Notes: generated by a model from the sequence alone, not told the origin. A DNA stretch of 64,000 bases from an uncultured Pseudomonadales bacterium (GCA_938092205.1 CALKMW010000037.1:1628-65627), one strand, 5' to 3'; numbered from the stretch's first letter, positions 40,406 to 50,702 are shown. A program made the numbers and translations.

Positions 40406-41575
40406 ATGCACAAAATTCGTACCTACAACGCAATTTCTTCTAAAGGCCTGAGCCGTTTTTCAGCCGATAAATATGAGGTTGGCAGTGACCTGTCTGATCC
40501 TCAAGGCTTTATTCTACGAAGCCAAAAATTGCATGAGGAGCAGGTTCCGGAAAGCCTCTTGGCAGTAGCCAGAGCCGGTGCGGGCGTCAATAACGTGCCT
40601 GTGGCAGATTACACCGATCAGGGTATTGTTGTATTCAACACCCCTGGTGCAAATGCTAATGCGGTTAAAGAATTAATTGTTGCTGGCCTCCTTTTAGCCT
40701 CTCGCGATATCTATGGCGGCATGAACTATGTTCAAGAGCTAACACATATGGATGATGGCGGTGAGATGGGCAAGCTGCTTGAAAAAGAGAAAAAGCGTTT
40801 TGCTGGCTCTGAAATTATGGGTAAAACGCTAGGCGTGGTTGGCTTGGGTGCTATCGGATCAATTATTGCTAACCTAGCGCTAGATCTTGGAATGGACGTT
40901 GTCGGCTATGATCCTGCTATTTCAGTTGAGGCTGCATGGCAGCTTTCAAGTCAGGTTGAGCGAATGGACAGTCTAGAAGCATTGCTGGCAAAGTCTGACT
41001 TTGTCACGCTTCATGTGCCGGCTATTCCTGCTACAAAGCACCTTATTAACAGTGAAACTCTAAGCGTGATGAAGAGTACGGCGAAGATTCTTAACTTTGC
41101 GCGTGAAGAAATTGTCAGCACTGAGGATATGGTTAAGGCTTTAGAAAGTGGCGTAATCGCAGGTTATATTTGTGATTTCCCTACCCCGGAATTCTTAGGC
41201 AATCCCAAAATAATTGCTATGCCGCACATTGGCGCTAGTACGGCTGAAGCAGAGGAAAACTGTGCAGTTATGGCAGCTAACCAGTTAATGGACTATATCG
41301 AAAATGGCAATATCCATAATTCGGTAAACTTCCCGCCGACCAAACTGGCGCGCAATGGTGGCGCTCGTTTAACCTTTGCTAACCAAAATGTGCCTAAGGT
41401 GCTTGGCAGCGTGCTTTCAATACTTGCCGACTTCGATCTTAATGTCTTGGATATGGTTAATAAGAGCCGTAATGAGGTGGCTTATAACATTATCGATGTT
41501 GAGGGTGATATTTCTGATGAAATACTGCAGAAAGTTGGCCAGGTTGAAGGTGTTATTCGCGTTAGAGCGGTCTAG
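40406..41575 (+). CDS. serA: D-3-phosphoglycerate dehydrogenase with C-terminal ACT domain
   Basis: Motifs ARAGAGVNN, NTPGANANAV, GLGAIG and PHIGAST; adjacent to serC. Confidence 0.88.
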   Translation: MHKIRTYNAISSKGLSRFSADKYEVGSDLSDPQGFILRSQKLHEEQVPESLLAVARAGAGVNNVPVADYTDQGIVVFNTPGANANAVKELIVAGLLLASRDIYGGMNYVQELTHMDDGGEMGKLLEKEKKRFAGSEIMGKTLGVVGLGAIGSIIANLALDLGMDVVGYDPAISVEAAWQLSSQVERMDSLEALLAKSDFVTLHVPAIPATKHLINSETLSVMKSTAKILNFAREEIVSTEDMVKALESGVIAGYICDFPTPEFLGNPKIIAMPHIGASTAEAEENCAVMAANQLMDYIENGNIHNSVNFPPTKLARNGGARLTFANQNVPKVLGSVLSILADFDLNVLDMVNKSRNEVAYNIIDVEGDISDEILQKVGQVEGVIRVRAV

Positions 41576-41584
41576 ATTTTAGGC

Positions 41585-42568
41585 CTAGTTAAATAACTTT
41601 GCTCTAACCGTTTGGCGGTACGCCTTGGGCGTATCGCCAGACCATTGGCGAAAACGCGACGAAAACCATGTCGCATCTTTAAACCCGCTGAATCCAGCAA
41701 TTTCTAAAATCGACAAATCAGTATTCTTTAATAAATCACAGGCGAAAGTCATTCGCACGTGGGTTATATAATCAACCGGTGTTTGCCCTGTAGCGGTTTT
41801 AAAGCGACGATTAAAGGTGCGCGTTGTCATGCCAAATTGAGCGGCTAAATTCGGTACGCTAAGCAGTTTAGATTGATTGTCCTGAATCCAAATTTGCGCC
41901 TGCGCTATAGCCTCATCGCTGTGCTTATTTTGTGATTGCCCCGCGTGGTTTGCCGATTCAGTGAGATTGCGAATCTCGTGGAAAAAATTTCTTTGAGCCT
42001 GACGTGCAATAATGCGCCCAAAAATACGCTCTACCTGATGCATAATTAGCTCTGCCATAGCATTAACACTGGCCGCGCAATATATATTCCCCGCTTTAGT
42101 TGTGAACTGCTCTCGCTCAAGCTGTATTCTTGGATAGCGACGCTGTAATTGATCAAAATAGTGCCAATGGGTTGTAGCGGGTTTGTTATCTAGCAGGCCT
42201 GCCTCAGCAAGAAAACAGACGCCAGTGCCTACCGCAGTAAAATTGGCATTTTTTCTATGTTGCTCTTGTAGCCAAGGAATATAAGTTTGGTATTTATCGA
42301 CAATTGGGCGAGGGTTTCGCCACATGGCAGGAATATGGACTAAATCACTATCAAACAGATCACTAAGAGAGTGAGTGGGATGTAATTCAAAGCCGGCAGA
42401 TGTTTTAACTGCTTTGCCGTCTGGGCTAAGCCAGCGAATATGGATCTCTTTAGTATTTTCGCGATTGGCGCGAGCAGCCGTTTGTGCAAAGTTAAAAATC
42501 TCAGCCGCTAGGGTGGTGCTTGAAACCAGCATATTGTCGCAAAGCAAAAGTGTTAAATTAAAAATCAT
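41585..42568 (-). CDS. GlxA-family regulator (DJ-1/PfpI domain plus AraC HTH)
   Basis: FLAEAGLLD...ATTHW and a C-terminal double HTH (RTFNRRFK, GDTPKAYR). Confidence 0.9.
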   Translation of the reverse strand: MIFNLTLLLCDNMLVSSTTLAAEIFNFAQTAARANRENTKEIHIRWLSPDGKAVKTSAGFELHPTHSLSDLFDSDLVHIPAMWRNPRPIVDKYQTYIPWLQEQHRKNANFTAVGTGVCFLAEAGLLDNKPATTHWHYFDQLQRRYPRIQLEREQFTTKAGNIYCAASVNAMAELIMHQVERIFGRIIARQAQRNFFHEIRNLTESANHAGQSQNKHSDEAIAQAQIWIQDNQSKLLSVPNLAAQFGMTTRTFNRRFKTATGQTPVDYITHVRMTFACDLLKNTDLSILEIAGFSGFKDATWFSSRFRQWSGDTPKAYRQTVRAKLFN

Positions 42569-42589
42569 AGGTAAAAATATAGCATAAAA

Positions 42590-42625
42590 GTCTTAATAAT
42601 TAACTAATATGGCTAAATAATTAAA
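42590..42625 (+). promoter_or_regulatory. putative AraC-type tandem operator
   Basis: GTCTTAATAATTAA (42590) and GGCTAAATAATTAA (42611) form a direct repeat 21 bp apart. Confidence 0.45.
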
Positions 42626-42687
42626 TATATATCCCAATAATCCGATTAAACTAATACAAAGCACATTAAATAATTGAGGGAAAGGGA

Positions 42688-44583
42688 ATGTCAGTTTCAC
42701 TGCCACTTATTGTTGGTTATGGCGGCTACAATGCCGCTGGTCGCAGCTCTTCAGATCAAGGGTTTAGGCGTATGATCTTAGAGTCCCTACCCCAAAATCA
42801 GCAGCAGCAAACGATTGTTAGTCTTGCCTGCCTTATGGGCTTAGTAAAGCCCGCCGGTCAGGCTTTTGAGGCTGCAGACGGACAGATTATTGAGGCCTCT
42901 GAAGTAGACAATCAATTTCGCAGTACGGTTTTAAGTGGCACCCTAGTTCGAAAAATCAGCTCTTTTGATCCAACTGCAGTGTCGGGCAATAAAAAGGTCA
43001 ATCTCAGTGCAAGCGCTGAGTCGCAGCCGGTATTTACTATTGCTAAACGGGATTTACCTACAGTGACGCCCAAGCATTGGCAGTTAACTGACCTAGAGGA
43101 TGGTACATTTGAAGTTAAGCTCAGCGAAGACAGCGATCTGTTAGTTGGCTCTGACTATGAACTTGCGGCCAAGGCTGCTGGTGAATTGCCTCAAGGGTTT
43201 GATCCTGCTAATCACTATAACGCGCGTTTTCATCCGCGCACATTGCAGATGGCACTAATGGGGGCAAGCGATGCCCTACATTCTGTCGGTGTTGCTTGGC
43301 AAACCATTGCCGATGCCGTAAAGCCTGATCAGATAGGCGTTTATTCGTCCAGTGGCTTTAGCCAAATGGCTGATGAGGGTTTTGGCGGCCTATTTCAGGC
43401 GCGCTTAAAAGGTGGGCGAACCACCGCCAAGCAGGTTCCTATGGGCTTAAATTCCATGCCCGCCGATTTTATTAATGCCTATGTTCTGGGAAGCGTGGGA
43501 CATACCGAGGCTATTACCGGAGCCTGTGCCACCTTTCTTTATTGCTTGCAGGCGGCGGTAAGAGATATTCGTAGCGGTGTACGTCGAGTTGCCATTGTTG
43601 GTAATGCAGAATCAGTCATCATGCCTGAGGTTTCCGAAGGTTTTTCTAATATGAGCGCTCTAGGTAGCGATGAGAATTTAGCTAAATTAGATGGTACAGA
43701 CAAACCAGACTGGCGTCGTGCCAGTCGCCCCTTTGGTGAAAACTGTGGCTTTACCTTGGCTGAGGGCACCCAGTACGTGGTGTTGATGGACGATGCATTG
43801 ACGGTTGAATTAGGCGCAGATATTCACGGTGCAGTACCGGATATCTTTATTAATGCTGACGGGGTTAAAAAGTCTATTTCTGCTCCAGGCGTCGGCAATA
43901 CTATTTCGTTTGCCAAGGCAGTCGCTTCGGCGGCTAATATTGTAGGTAAGGAAACCGTGCAAAAGCACAGCTTTGTTCATGCGCACGGTTCAAGTACGCC
44001 GGCAAATCGCACCACAGAATCCAATTTAATCAATCGAGTTGCTGAAGCTTTTGAGATCGAAGATTGGCCAGTAACAGCGGTTAAATCCTATGTTGGCCAC
44101 ACTATCTCAACCGCCAGTGGCGATCAGCTAATGTCCGCACTTGGCACATTTAAATACCAAATCATCCCGGGCATTAAAACCATTACTGCAGTGGCGGATG
44201 ATGTTAATCAGCAACACACAGTATTTCCGCTACAAGATATGGATATGAGCAACAACAATATGCATGTGGCCTTTATTAATTCCAAAGGCTTTGGTGGTAA
44301 TAATGCAACCGCCGTAGTGCTATCGCCTCAACAGGCAGAAAAAATGATGGTGGCTCGTTATGGCGAGCAATTAGAGGCCTATTTTGCTAAGCGTGAAATT
44401 ACAAGAAATAACGCTGAAGCCTATGCTAATCGAGCTGATATGGCAGAGTTGGACGTTGTTTATCGTTTTGGTGAAACACTTATCGATGAAAACAGAGTTA
44501 GCATTACTAAAGACGGCATAAGTATCCCAGGGTTTGCCCATGATATTGCTTTTGACGTGGAAAACCCCTACTCAGATATGTAA
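42688..44583 (+). CDS. fabY: FabY-like beta-ketoacyl-ACP synthase
   Basis: 631 aa. N-terminal LPLIVGYGGYNAAGRSS and a KAS I/II Cys-His-His triad (GACATF, HAHGSST, VGHT), plus NSKGFGGNNA. Confidence 0.85.
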   Translation: MSVSLPLIVGYGGYNAAGRSSSDQGFRRMILESLPQNQQQQTIVSLACLMGLVKPAGQAFEAADGQIIEASEVDNQFRSTVLSGTLVRKISSFDPTAVSGNKKVNLSASAESQPVFTIAKRDLPTVTPKHWQLTDLEDGTFEVKLSEDSDLLVGSDYELAAKAAGELPQGFDPANHYNARFHPRTLQMALMGASDALHSVGVAWQTIADAVKPDQIGVYSSSGFSQMADEGFGGLFQARLKGGRTTAKQVPMGLNSMPADFINAYVLGSVGHTEAITGACATFLYCLQAAVRDIRSGVRRVAIVGNAESVIMPEVSEGFSNMSALGSDENLAKLDGTDKPDWRRASRPFGENCGFTLAEGTQYVVLMDDALTVELGADIHGAVPDIFINADGVKKSISAPGVGNTISFAKAVASAANIVGKETVQKHSFVHAHGSSTPANRTTESNLINRVAEAFEIEDWPVTAVKSYVGHTISTASGDQLMSALGTFKYQIIPGIKTITAVADDVNQQHTVFPLQDMDMSNNNMHVAFINSKGFGGNNATAVVLSPQQAEKMMVARYGEQLEAYFAKREITRNNAEAYANRADMAELDVVYRFGETLIDENRVSITKDGISIPGFAHDIAFDVENPYSDM

Positions 44584-44586
44584 TGC

Positions 44587-45327
44587 CTAGTTTATTTTTT
44601 CGCTAGTTAGGCGATTGAGAAGGCTAAGTGCTATCAAATCAATTCGCCTAGCCTGTCCAATCCACGGTGTATTTTCGTCTCTATTATTTGCTTTTTGAAC
44701 AGTAAACCTACCGCCATGCACGGCAATTATCTCACCACTTTTAATATCTATAACAGGACTTCCCGAAGTGCCTTTTTCGGCAGGACAGTTATGCAGTAGT
44801 AGTTTTTCATTAGTCAGGTAAGGGTGGTCAATTTTTTGACATCCAGTCTGTTTAAAGCCATCTAGGATAGGATTTATAAAAGAAAACTCTGACACTTTGC
44901 TAAACAAATCTTCCGATAGCTTAAGTGCAGGTTGATGGGCTCTATTTTTTAATCGTATAAAAATCAGGTCGTTTACGGCTTGAGCAACCTTATCCTTATT
45001 TTTCACCGAGTAGTTATGCTTTGATATGGCTTCAAAAGCAATGCCGCTCAGCCGTTTATTGTGAGGTCGGTAATGGCATTGGTTAAACAGTTGGTCCCTT
45101 AGTGGGTTATAGAGCACATGGGCCGCTGTAACAATAATGGATTGATTGGCATTAAAAGCATCGGGTAATTGAATATGCGTGGCTATTCCGCGAATAGCGC
45201 CATCACAGACAACAGCTCCCACCGCTTGGGTGTAATCTTTGGCCTGAGATGAAAGTGAGCAAAGCATTAATAGGGCAGTGATAAGTGGTAAATAACTAGT
45301 CTTTGTTCTGCCGTGCCTGTATGCCAC
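44587..45327 (-). CDS. secreted trypsin-like serine protease
   Basis: Signal-like N-terminus and the triad TAAHV, NDL, GTSGSP. The GTG start overlaps the rsmE stop codon. Confidence 0.75.
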   Translation of the reverse strand: MAYRHGRTKTSYLPLITALLMLCSLSSQAKDYTQAVGAVVCDGAIRGIATHIQLPDAFNANQSIIVTAAHVLYNPLRDQLFNQCHYRPHNKRLSGIAFEAISKHNYSVKNKDKVAQAVNDLIFIRLKNRAHQPALKLSEDLFSKVSEFSFINPILDGFKQTGCQKIDHPYLTNEKLLLHNCPAEKGTSGSPVIDIKSGEIIAVHGGRFTVQKANNRDENTPWIGQARRIDLIALSLLNRLTSEKIN

Positions 45328-46058
45328 TACCCCATATCTCCCCACAACGATTGCAGAATGGCTATTGCAGCTAGGGGTGCAGTTTCGGTTCGAAGTACGC
45401 GTGGGCCGAGCGCAAGGGGTTGAAAATTTAAGACTATTGCCTGTTCAATTTCACGCTCACTAAGGCCACCTTCGGGGCCAATTAATAATGCAACCTCTGC
45501 GCTGGGTCGAGGCGTGTCGATAAGGCTTGATTTGGTGCGATGATGAAGTACTAGCTTAAGTGAGGCATCGCAACTAGCTTGCCACTGTTCTAGTTTCTTG
45601 GGTTTATTAACTAATGGCACTGTATTGCGTTGGCTTTGTTCGCAGGCGCTAATAGCTACCTGTTGCCAGTGCCCAACCTTTTTTTCTAGCCGATCACCGC
45701 TGAGCTTTACTTCACAGCGCTCGGTAAAAAGGGGAGTGATTTCACTAACGCCGAGTTCAGTGGCTTTTTGCATAATCCAATCCATACGTTCACCGCGAGA
45801 AATACCAATGGCTAAGTGAATGGATAGTGATGATTCGCGACTGACTTGATCAAAGTTCGTTATGCTGACTTTAGCTTTACCCTTTTTAGCTTCGATTAAT
45901 TCGGCTGTATATTCGCCGCCTTGACCATTAAACAGGGTAATAACCTGACCGGGGCTCATTCGCAATGCAGAGGTCAAATGACGTGCTGCACCGGCTTCAA
46001 GCTCGATGCAGTCGCCAATGGCCATAGTTTGCGGCGAATAAACTCTGGGGATACGCAT
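45327..46058 (-). CDS. rsmE: 16S rRNA m3U1498 methyltransferase
   Basis: Motifs QKATELGV, ACEQS, IGPEGG and LGPRVLRTETA. Confidence 0.96.
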   Translation of the reverse strand: MRIPRVYSPQTMAIGDCIELEAGAARHLTSALRMSPGQVITLFNGQGGEYTAELIEAKKGKAKVSITNFDQVSRESSLSIHLAIGISRGERMDWIMQKATELGVSEITPLFTERCEVKLSGDRLEKKVGHWQQVAISACEQSQRNTVPLVNKPKKLEQWQASCDASLKLVLHHRTKSSLIDTPRPSAEVALLIGPEGGLSEREIEQAIVLNFQPLALGPRVLRTETAPLAAIAILQSLWGDMG

Positions 46059-46061
46059 ACC

Positions 46062-46907
46062 TTAGCCGTTGCTTTTCAGCCCGATATTTTGACAGAGCTT
46101 ATCGGATATTTGCCATTGATTCATAGTATAAAAATGCAACCCTGGCGCACCACCTGCAAGCAGTGTTTCGCATAAATTGGATACTATTTCGATACCATAG
46201 TTGATTAAATCTTCCTGATTATCTTTGCGCTCTTTCAGCTGCCACTGCAACCAGCGTGGAATTTCTGCACCACAGTTTTCAGAAAATCGTAAAAGATTTT
46301 GGAAGTTAGTTAATGGCATGATCCCTGGCACTATAGGTTTATCGATGCCCGCTTTTTGACAATTTTCTACAAATTGAAAGTAGGCATCGGGATTGTAAAA
46401 ATACTGTGTAATGGCTCGGTCGGCACCTGCTTTAAACTTTTCCCCTAACCAGTATATATCTTTACTGTAACTTTCGGCCTCAGGGTGAATTTCTGGATAG
46501 GCGGCGACATTGATATCAAAGTGGTCGCCAGTTTTTTCCCGAATCAATGCTACTAGCTCATTGGCGTGAACTAATTGCGTGGTGCCACCAATACCTGAGG
46601 GTAGGTCGCCACGCAGGGCAACTAGATTTGAAATCCCCGCTTGTTGGTACTCACTAATTAACCCCAGAACAGTGTCTTCGCTGTCGCCACCAAAAGACAG
46701 GTGGGGGGCCGCTTGATAACCCTGTTGCTGAAGATCTAGTACCAGTTGCTTAGTGGTATCACGCGTCGATCCTCCCGCGCCATAGGTTACCGAGTAAAAT
46801 TCTGGGTTATAGCGATTGAGTTTTTCACAGGTGAGCTGCAATTTTTGCCGCCCCTGTTCTGTTTTTGCGGCGAAAAACTCAAAGCTAATATGTGGTTGTG
46901 TGGCCAT
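46062..46907 (-). CDS. metF: 5,10-methylenetetrahydrofolate reductase
   Basis: Motifs SFEFF, SVTYGAGGST, ALRGD and AITQYF. Confidence 0.95.
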   Translation of the reverse strand: MATQPHISFEFFAAKTEQGRQKLQLTCEKLNRYNPEFYSVTYGAGGSTRDTTKQLVLDLQQQGYQAAPHLSFGGDSEDTVLGLISEYQQAGISNLVALRGDLPSGIGGTTQLVHANELVALIREKTGDHFDINVAAYPEIHPEAESYSKDIYWLGEKFKAGADRAITQYFYNPDAYFQFVENCQKAGIDKPIVPGIMPLTNFQNLLRFSENCGAEIPRWLQWQLKERKDNQEDLINYGIEIVSNLCETLLAGGAPGLHFYTMNQWQISDKLCQNIGLKSNG

Positions 46908-46923
46908 AAAAAATCCGTTTTAT

Positions 46924-48315
46924 TTAGTACTTGTAGCTATCGTTTTTGAACGGGCCATCAACAGTGACATTGATGTAGTCCGCCTGTGCCTGAGTTAGCT
47001 TGGTAATTACGCCGCCAAAACCGCTGACCATATGGGCAGCAACTTCTTCATCAAGATGTTTTGGCAATACTTCAACACCCAATAACTCTGCCTGAGTAGC
47101 CTTATCTTGATTGGCAAAGCCTCGGCCATAAAGCTCAATTTGCGCGAGTACCTGATTGGCAAACGAACCATCCATAATTCTGCTTGGATGCCCTGTTGCG
47201 TTGCCAAGGTTTACTAAGCGGCCTTCTGCCAGAAGAAGAAGATGATCATTGCTTTCCTGATCGCGGTAAACCTTGTGTACCTGCGGTTTAATTTCTTCCC
47301 AGTGCCAGGTTTCGCGCATATAGGCAGTATCAATCTCATTATCAAAGTGACCAATATTACAGACTACACAGCCACTTTTAAGTGCAGCTAGCACGCTAGA
47401 GTCACATACGTTGTAGTTACCGGTTGTGGTAACCAATAAGTCAGTAGTGTCGAGTAAGCCGACATTCACACCTTGATTGATATCGCCATTATTGTAGGTT
47501 GAAACAACCTCGAAGCCGTCCATACAAGCTTGCATGGCGCAGATTGGATCCACTTCAGTAACCTTAACAATCATACCTTCTTGGCGCAGTGACTGGGCCG
47601 AGCCCTTGCCGACATCACCATAGCCAATGACTAGAGCTTTTTTACCGGACAAAAGGTGGTCGGTGGCGCGCTTAATGGCATCATTCAGGCTGTGACGACA
47701 GCCGTATTTATTGTCATTTTTTGACTTGGTTACTGAGTCATTGACATTAATAGCCGGTACTTTTAATTCACCCGCTTCAAGCATTTCATATAAACGATGA
47801 ACGCCCGTGGTAGTCTCCTCGGTGACACCATGAACATGCTCTAAGACTTGGGGGTATTTTTGATGCAACAAAGAAGTAAGATCACCACCATCGTCTAGGA
47901 TCATATTGGCATTCCATGGTTGACCGTCCTTTAATACTTGCTGCTCTAGGCACCAGTCATACTCTTCTTCAGTTTCACCTTTCCAGGCAAACACTGGCGT
48001 GCCGTTAGCTGCGATAGCGGCTGCAGCATGATCCTGAGTCGAGAAAATATTACATGAAGTCCAGCGAACCTCTGCACCTAAAGACTCTAGGGTCTCAATA
48101 AGCACTGCAGTTTGGATGGTCATATGGATACAGCCCAATATTCTTGCGCCAGCCAGGGGTTGCTCGCTGCTGTATTTGCTGCGAAGCGCCATCAATGCAG
48201 GCATTTCTGATTCAGCAATGGAGATTTCTTTTCTGCCCCACTCGGCTAAATTGATGTCAGCCACCTTATAATCAGTGAATGGCGCGCTATTTTTTACGGA
48301 TTTTAATACGGTCAT
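46924..48315 (-). CDS. ahcY: S-adenosylhomocysteine hydrolase
   Basis: Motifs [32 protein letters not shown] and [13 protein letters not shown]. Confidence 0.97.
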   Translation of the reverse strand: MTVLKSVKNSAPFTDYKVADINLAEWGRKEISIAESEMPALMALRSKYSSEQPLAGARILGCIHMTIQTAVLIETLESLGAEVRWTSCNIFSTQDHAAAAIAANGTPVFAWKGETEEEYDWCLEQQVLKDGQPWNANMILDDGGDLTSLLHQKYPQVLEHVHGVTEETTTGVHRLYEMLEAGELKVPAINVNDSVTKSKNDNKYGCRHSLNDAIKRATDHLLSGKKALVIGYGDVGKGSAQSLRQEGMIVKVTEVDPICAMQACMDGFEVVSTYNNGDINQGVNVGLLDTTDLLVTTTGNYNVCDSSVLAALKSGCVVCNIGHFDNEIDTAYMRETWHWEEIKPQVHKVYRDQESNDHLLLLAEGRLVNLGNATGHPSRIMDGSFANQVLAQIELYGRGFANQDKATQAELLGVEVLPKHLDEEVAAHMVSGFGGVITKLTQAQADYINVTVDGPFKNDSYKY

Positions 48316-48343
48316 ATTGGTTACCTTTAAATATGTCTATTAG

Positions 48344-49498
48344 CTACAGTGCTTTTTTTAGCGCTGCTGCTCGATCAGTTTTTTCCCAGGTGAAGCTTGA
48401 TTCAGTGCGGCCAAAATGCCCATAAGAGGCAGTTTTACGATAGATTGGCTTGCGTAGATCGAGCATCTCGATTAATCCTCTCGGGCGCAAATCAAATTGT
48501 TCGCGAACGAGCTCTACAATTTTTTCATCAGATAGCTTGCCGGTGCCAAAGGTATTGATACTGATAGAGGTAGGCTCTGATACACCAATGGCATAGGAGA
48601 TTTGAATCTCACAACGATCAGCTAGGCCAGCGGCAACAATATTCTTTGCCACATAGCGTCCGGCGTAAGCGGCTGAGCGGTCAACCTTGGTGGGATCCTT
48701 GCCAGAAAAAGCACCGCCACCGTGGTGGGCCATGCCGCCATAGGTGTCGACAATAATTTTACGCCCAGTAAGTCCGCAGTCGCCCATTGGGCCGCCGATT
48801 TCAAAGTTCCCGGTTGGGTTAATATGGTATTGAGTCCCATCGTGAAGCCATTCAGCAGGCAAAACATGATCAACAATCTCTGCGCGAACTGCATTTTGCA
48901 GATCTTTCTGCGAAATATTAGGCGAGTGTTGCGTAGAGAGCACTACGGCATCTACCGCAACGGGCACGCCCTGATCATATCTCAGGGTTACCTGGCTTTT
49001 AGCATCGGGACGAAGCCAAGGCAATGCACCGCTCTTTCTTAGTTGGGCTTGACGCTCGACTAAGCGGTGAGAATAAAAAATCGGTGCGGGCATCAGCACC
49101 TCGGTTTCATTGCTGGCATAACCAAACATTAGGCCCTGATCACCAGCGCCTATGTCTTTATCTTCAGCCTCATCAACTCCCTGAGCGATATCCGAAGATT
49201 GCTTGCCAATGGCGTTGATTACAGCACAAGAATTACCGTCAAAACCTTTGTCTGAATGGTCATAACCAATATCAGTAATTACATCGCGAACAATTTGCTC
49301 TAAATCTACATAGGTTTTAGTGCGCACCTCGCCGGCAATAATCGCCATGCCAGTTTTGACCATAGTTTCAACGGCAACCCGTGAATGGGGGTCGTCGGCA
49401 ATAATGGCATCTAAAACAGCATCAGAAATTTGATCGGCCATCTTATCTGGATGTCCCTCAGATACTGATTCAGATGTAAAAAGGTTATAAGTTGACAT
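48344..49498 (-). CDS. metK: S-adenosylmethionine synthetase
   Basis: Motifs [19 protein letters not shown] and GGGAFSGKD. Confidence 0.98.
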   Translation of the reverse strand: MSTYNLFTSESVSEGHPDKMADQISDAVLDAIIADDPHSRVAVETMVKTGMAIIAGEVRTKTYVDLEQIVRDVITDIGYDHSDKGFDGNSCAVINAIGKQSSDIAQGVDEAEDKDIGAGDQGLMFGYASNETEVLMPAPIFYSHRLVERQAQLRKSGALPWLRPDAKSQVTLRYDQGVPVAVDAVVLSTQHSPNISQKDLQNAVRAEIVDHVLPAEWLHDGTQYHINPTGNFEIGGPMGDCGLTGRKIIVDTYGGMAHHGGGAFSGKDPTKVDRSAAYAGRYVAKNIVAAGLADRCEIQISYAIGVSEPTSISINTFGTGKLSDEKIVELVREQFDLRPRGLIEMLDLRKPIYRKTASYGHFGRTESSFTWEKTDRAAALKKAL

Positions 49499-49507
49499 AG
49501 GGTTCCT

Positions 49508-50515
49508 TTAATTAGTCGTCGCGGCTTTCTTAAACTGCCGAAGCTGAATGCGAAATCCATTGCGTTGTGTAAGAAATAAACTATTGCCTTCTGAAAGCCC
49601 AGCATTCTCGGCCCAGTCAGTGATTTCGCTAGGGTCGAAACCTAACCAAAGATCGCCGCATGCCTGCTTTACCCAGTCTTGATCATGGGCGCAAAGGTCG
49701 GTGATAAGCAAAATGCCGTTATCTGTTAAAAGATCGGCGCAGTGTTTGATGATATCCCCTGGGATAGGGTTGTGATGTAACACCATGTTGAGTGAAATAA
49801 AATCAGCGCTTATGTTTTTATCAAGCGCCGTAAAGGTGTCTCCATGCAGAAAACTTATATTATTAAGACTTTGCTTTTTAACCCGCTGGGCGCATTGATC
49901 GAGCATTTCTTCACTGTTATCCAGGGCGATAACCTGTTCAAATTTAGCGCAGAGTTTTTTTAGAAACTGTCCATAACCAGGCCCAACTTCAAGCGCTTTT
50001 TTTGTTGTCGAAATAGAGCTGTCTAAGAGGCTTTCGACACTATCACCGTAGTCTGACCAGCTAGCGATAAGGTCTTGGTTCTCTTCAAACAGTGAAACAT
50101 TGCGGTTAAAAAATTCTACTGAAGCACTGGATCGCTCGGCATTTATATCAGCTAATCGTGCAGCAACATCCGCGTCAACCACCGCCTTATCTATCGCTTG
50201 AAATAGGGATTTTTGCATGATTTGCAAGTCGATATCAGGGTTAAGCGGATTGCGACGGTAAAAAATAGTTGTACCCTCGCGTCGTGACGATACTAAGCCG
50301 GCATTGGAGAGAATCTTAAGATGGTGGCTCATCGCCGATTGACGAATATCGAACACTTGGCAAAGCTCTAATACACCGTAGGCATTTTGCTGCAGAACTT
50401 TGAGAATCTGGATGCGCAAAGGGTCGCCGGCCGCTTTACACAGGATGCCGATAGCGCCAACCGCTTGAGGGGCGGTTTGGTCAAAAGTACTTGTAACGCT
50501 GGAATTTGCTGTCAT
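49508..50515 (-). CDS. sahR: SahR-type regulator (ArsR HTH plus SAM-methyltransferase domain)
   Basis: ArsR HTH (GDPLR...QSAMSHHLKIL...RREG) plus LEVGPGYG, directly upstream of metK. Start placed at the ATG at 50515; the ORF track starts at 50551. Confidence 0.85.
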   Translation of the reverse strand: MTANSSVTSTFDQTAPQAVGAIGILCKAAGDPLRIQILKVLQQNAYGVLELCQVFDIRQSAMSHHLKILSNAGLVSSRREGTTIFYRRNPLNPDIDLQIMQKSLFQAIDKAVVDADVAARLADINAERSSASVEFFNRNVSLFEENQDLIASWSDYGDSVESLLDSSISTTKKALEVGPGYGQFLKKLCAKFEQVIALDNSEEMLDQCAQRVKKQSLNNISFLHGDTFTALDKNISADFISLNMVLHHNPIPGDIIKHCADLLTDNGILLITDLCAHDQDWVKQACGDLWLGFDPSEITDWAENAGLSEGNSLFLTQRNGFRIQLRQFKKAATTN

Positions 50516-50545
50516 GCGGGCGATTTTAGCACAGCTGCTATTATC

Positions 50546-50579
50546 CATCAAAATATTTTTATATAAAAATATTTTGATG
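50546..50579. promoter_or_regulatory. perfect 34-bp palindrome, putative double SahR operator
   Basis: CATCAAAATATTTTTATATAAAAATATTTTGATG equals its own reverse complement. Confidence 0.75.
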
Positions 50580-50635
50580 TGTATAAGCCAGTTAAAATTA
50601 ATTGCAATTTCAGTGGCTTAAATAAGGAATTCTAG

Positions 50636-50664
50636 TTTACTGATGCGGTCTTCTAAGAGACAAT
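50636..50664 (+). promoter_or_regulatory. putative sigma70 promoter of the tkt operon
   Basis: TTTACT-N17-GACAAT, 38 nt upstream of the tkt ATG. Confidence 0.45.
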
Positions 50665-50702
50665 ACGCAGACTAAATTTTTCCGTTTCAGGAGTTATATT
50701 TC

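Noticed and set aside
42688-44583. Ketosynthase read as a polyketide/secondary-metabolite cluster
   Set aside because: No ACP, AT or tailoring genes are nearby; size and motifs fit a standalone FabY.
48316-48343. SAH riboswitch before ahcY
   Set aside because: The gap is only 28 bp and no aptamer is visible; SahR control is the simpler explanation.
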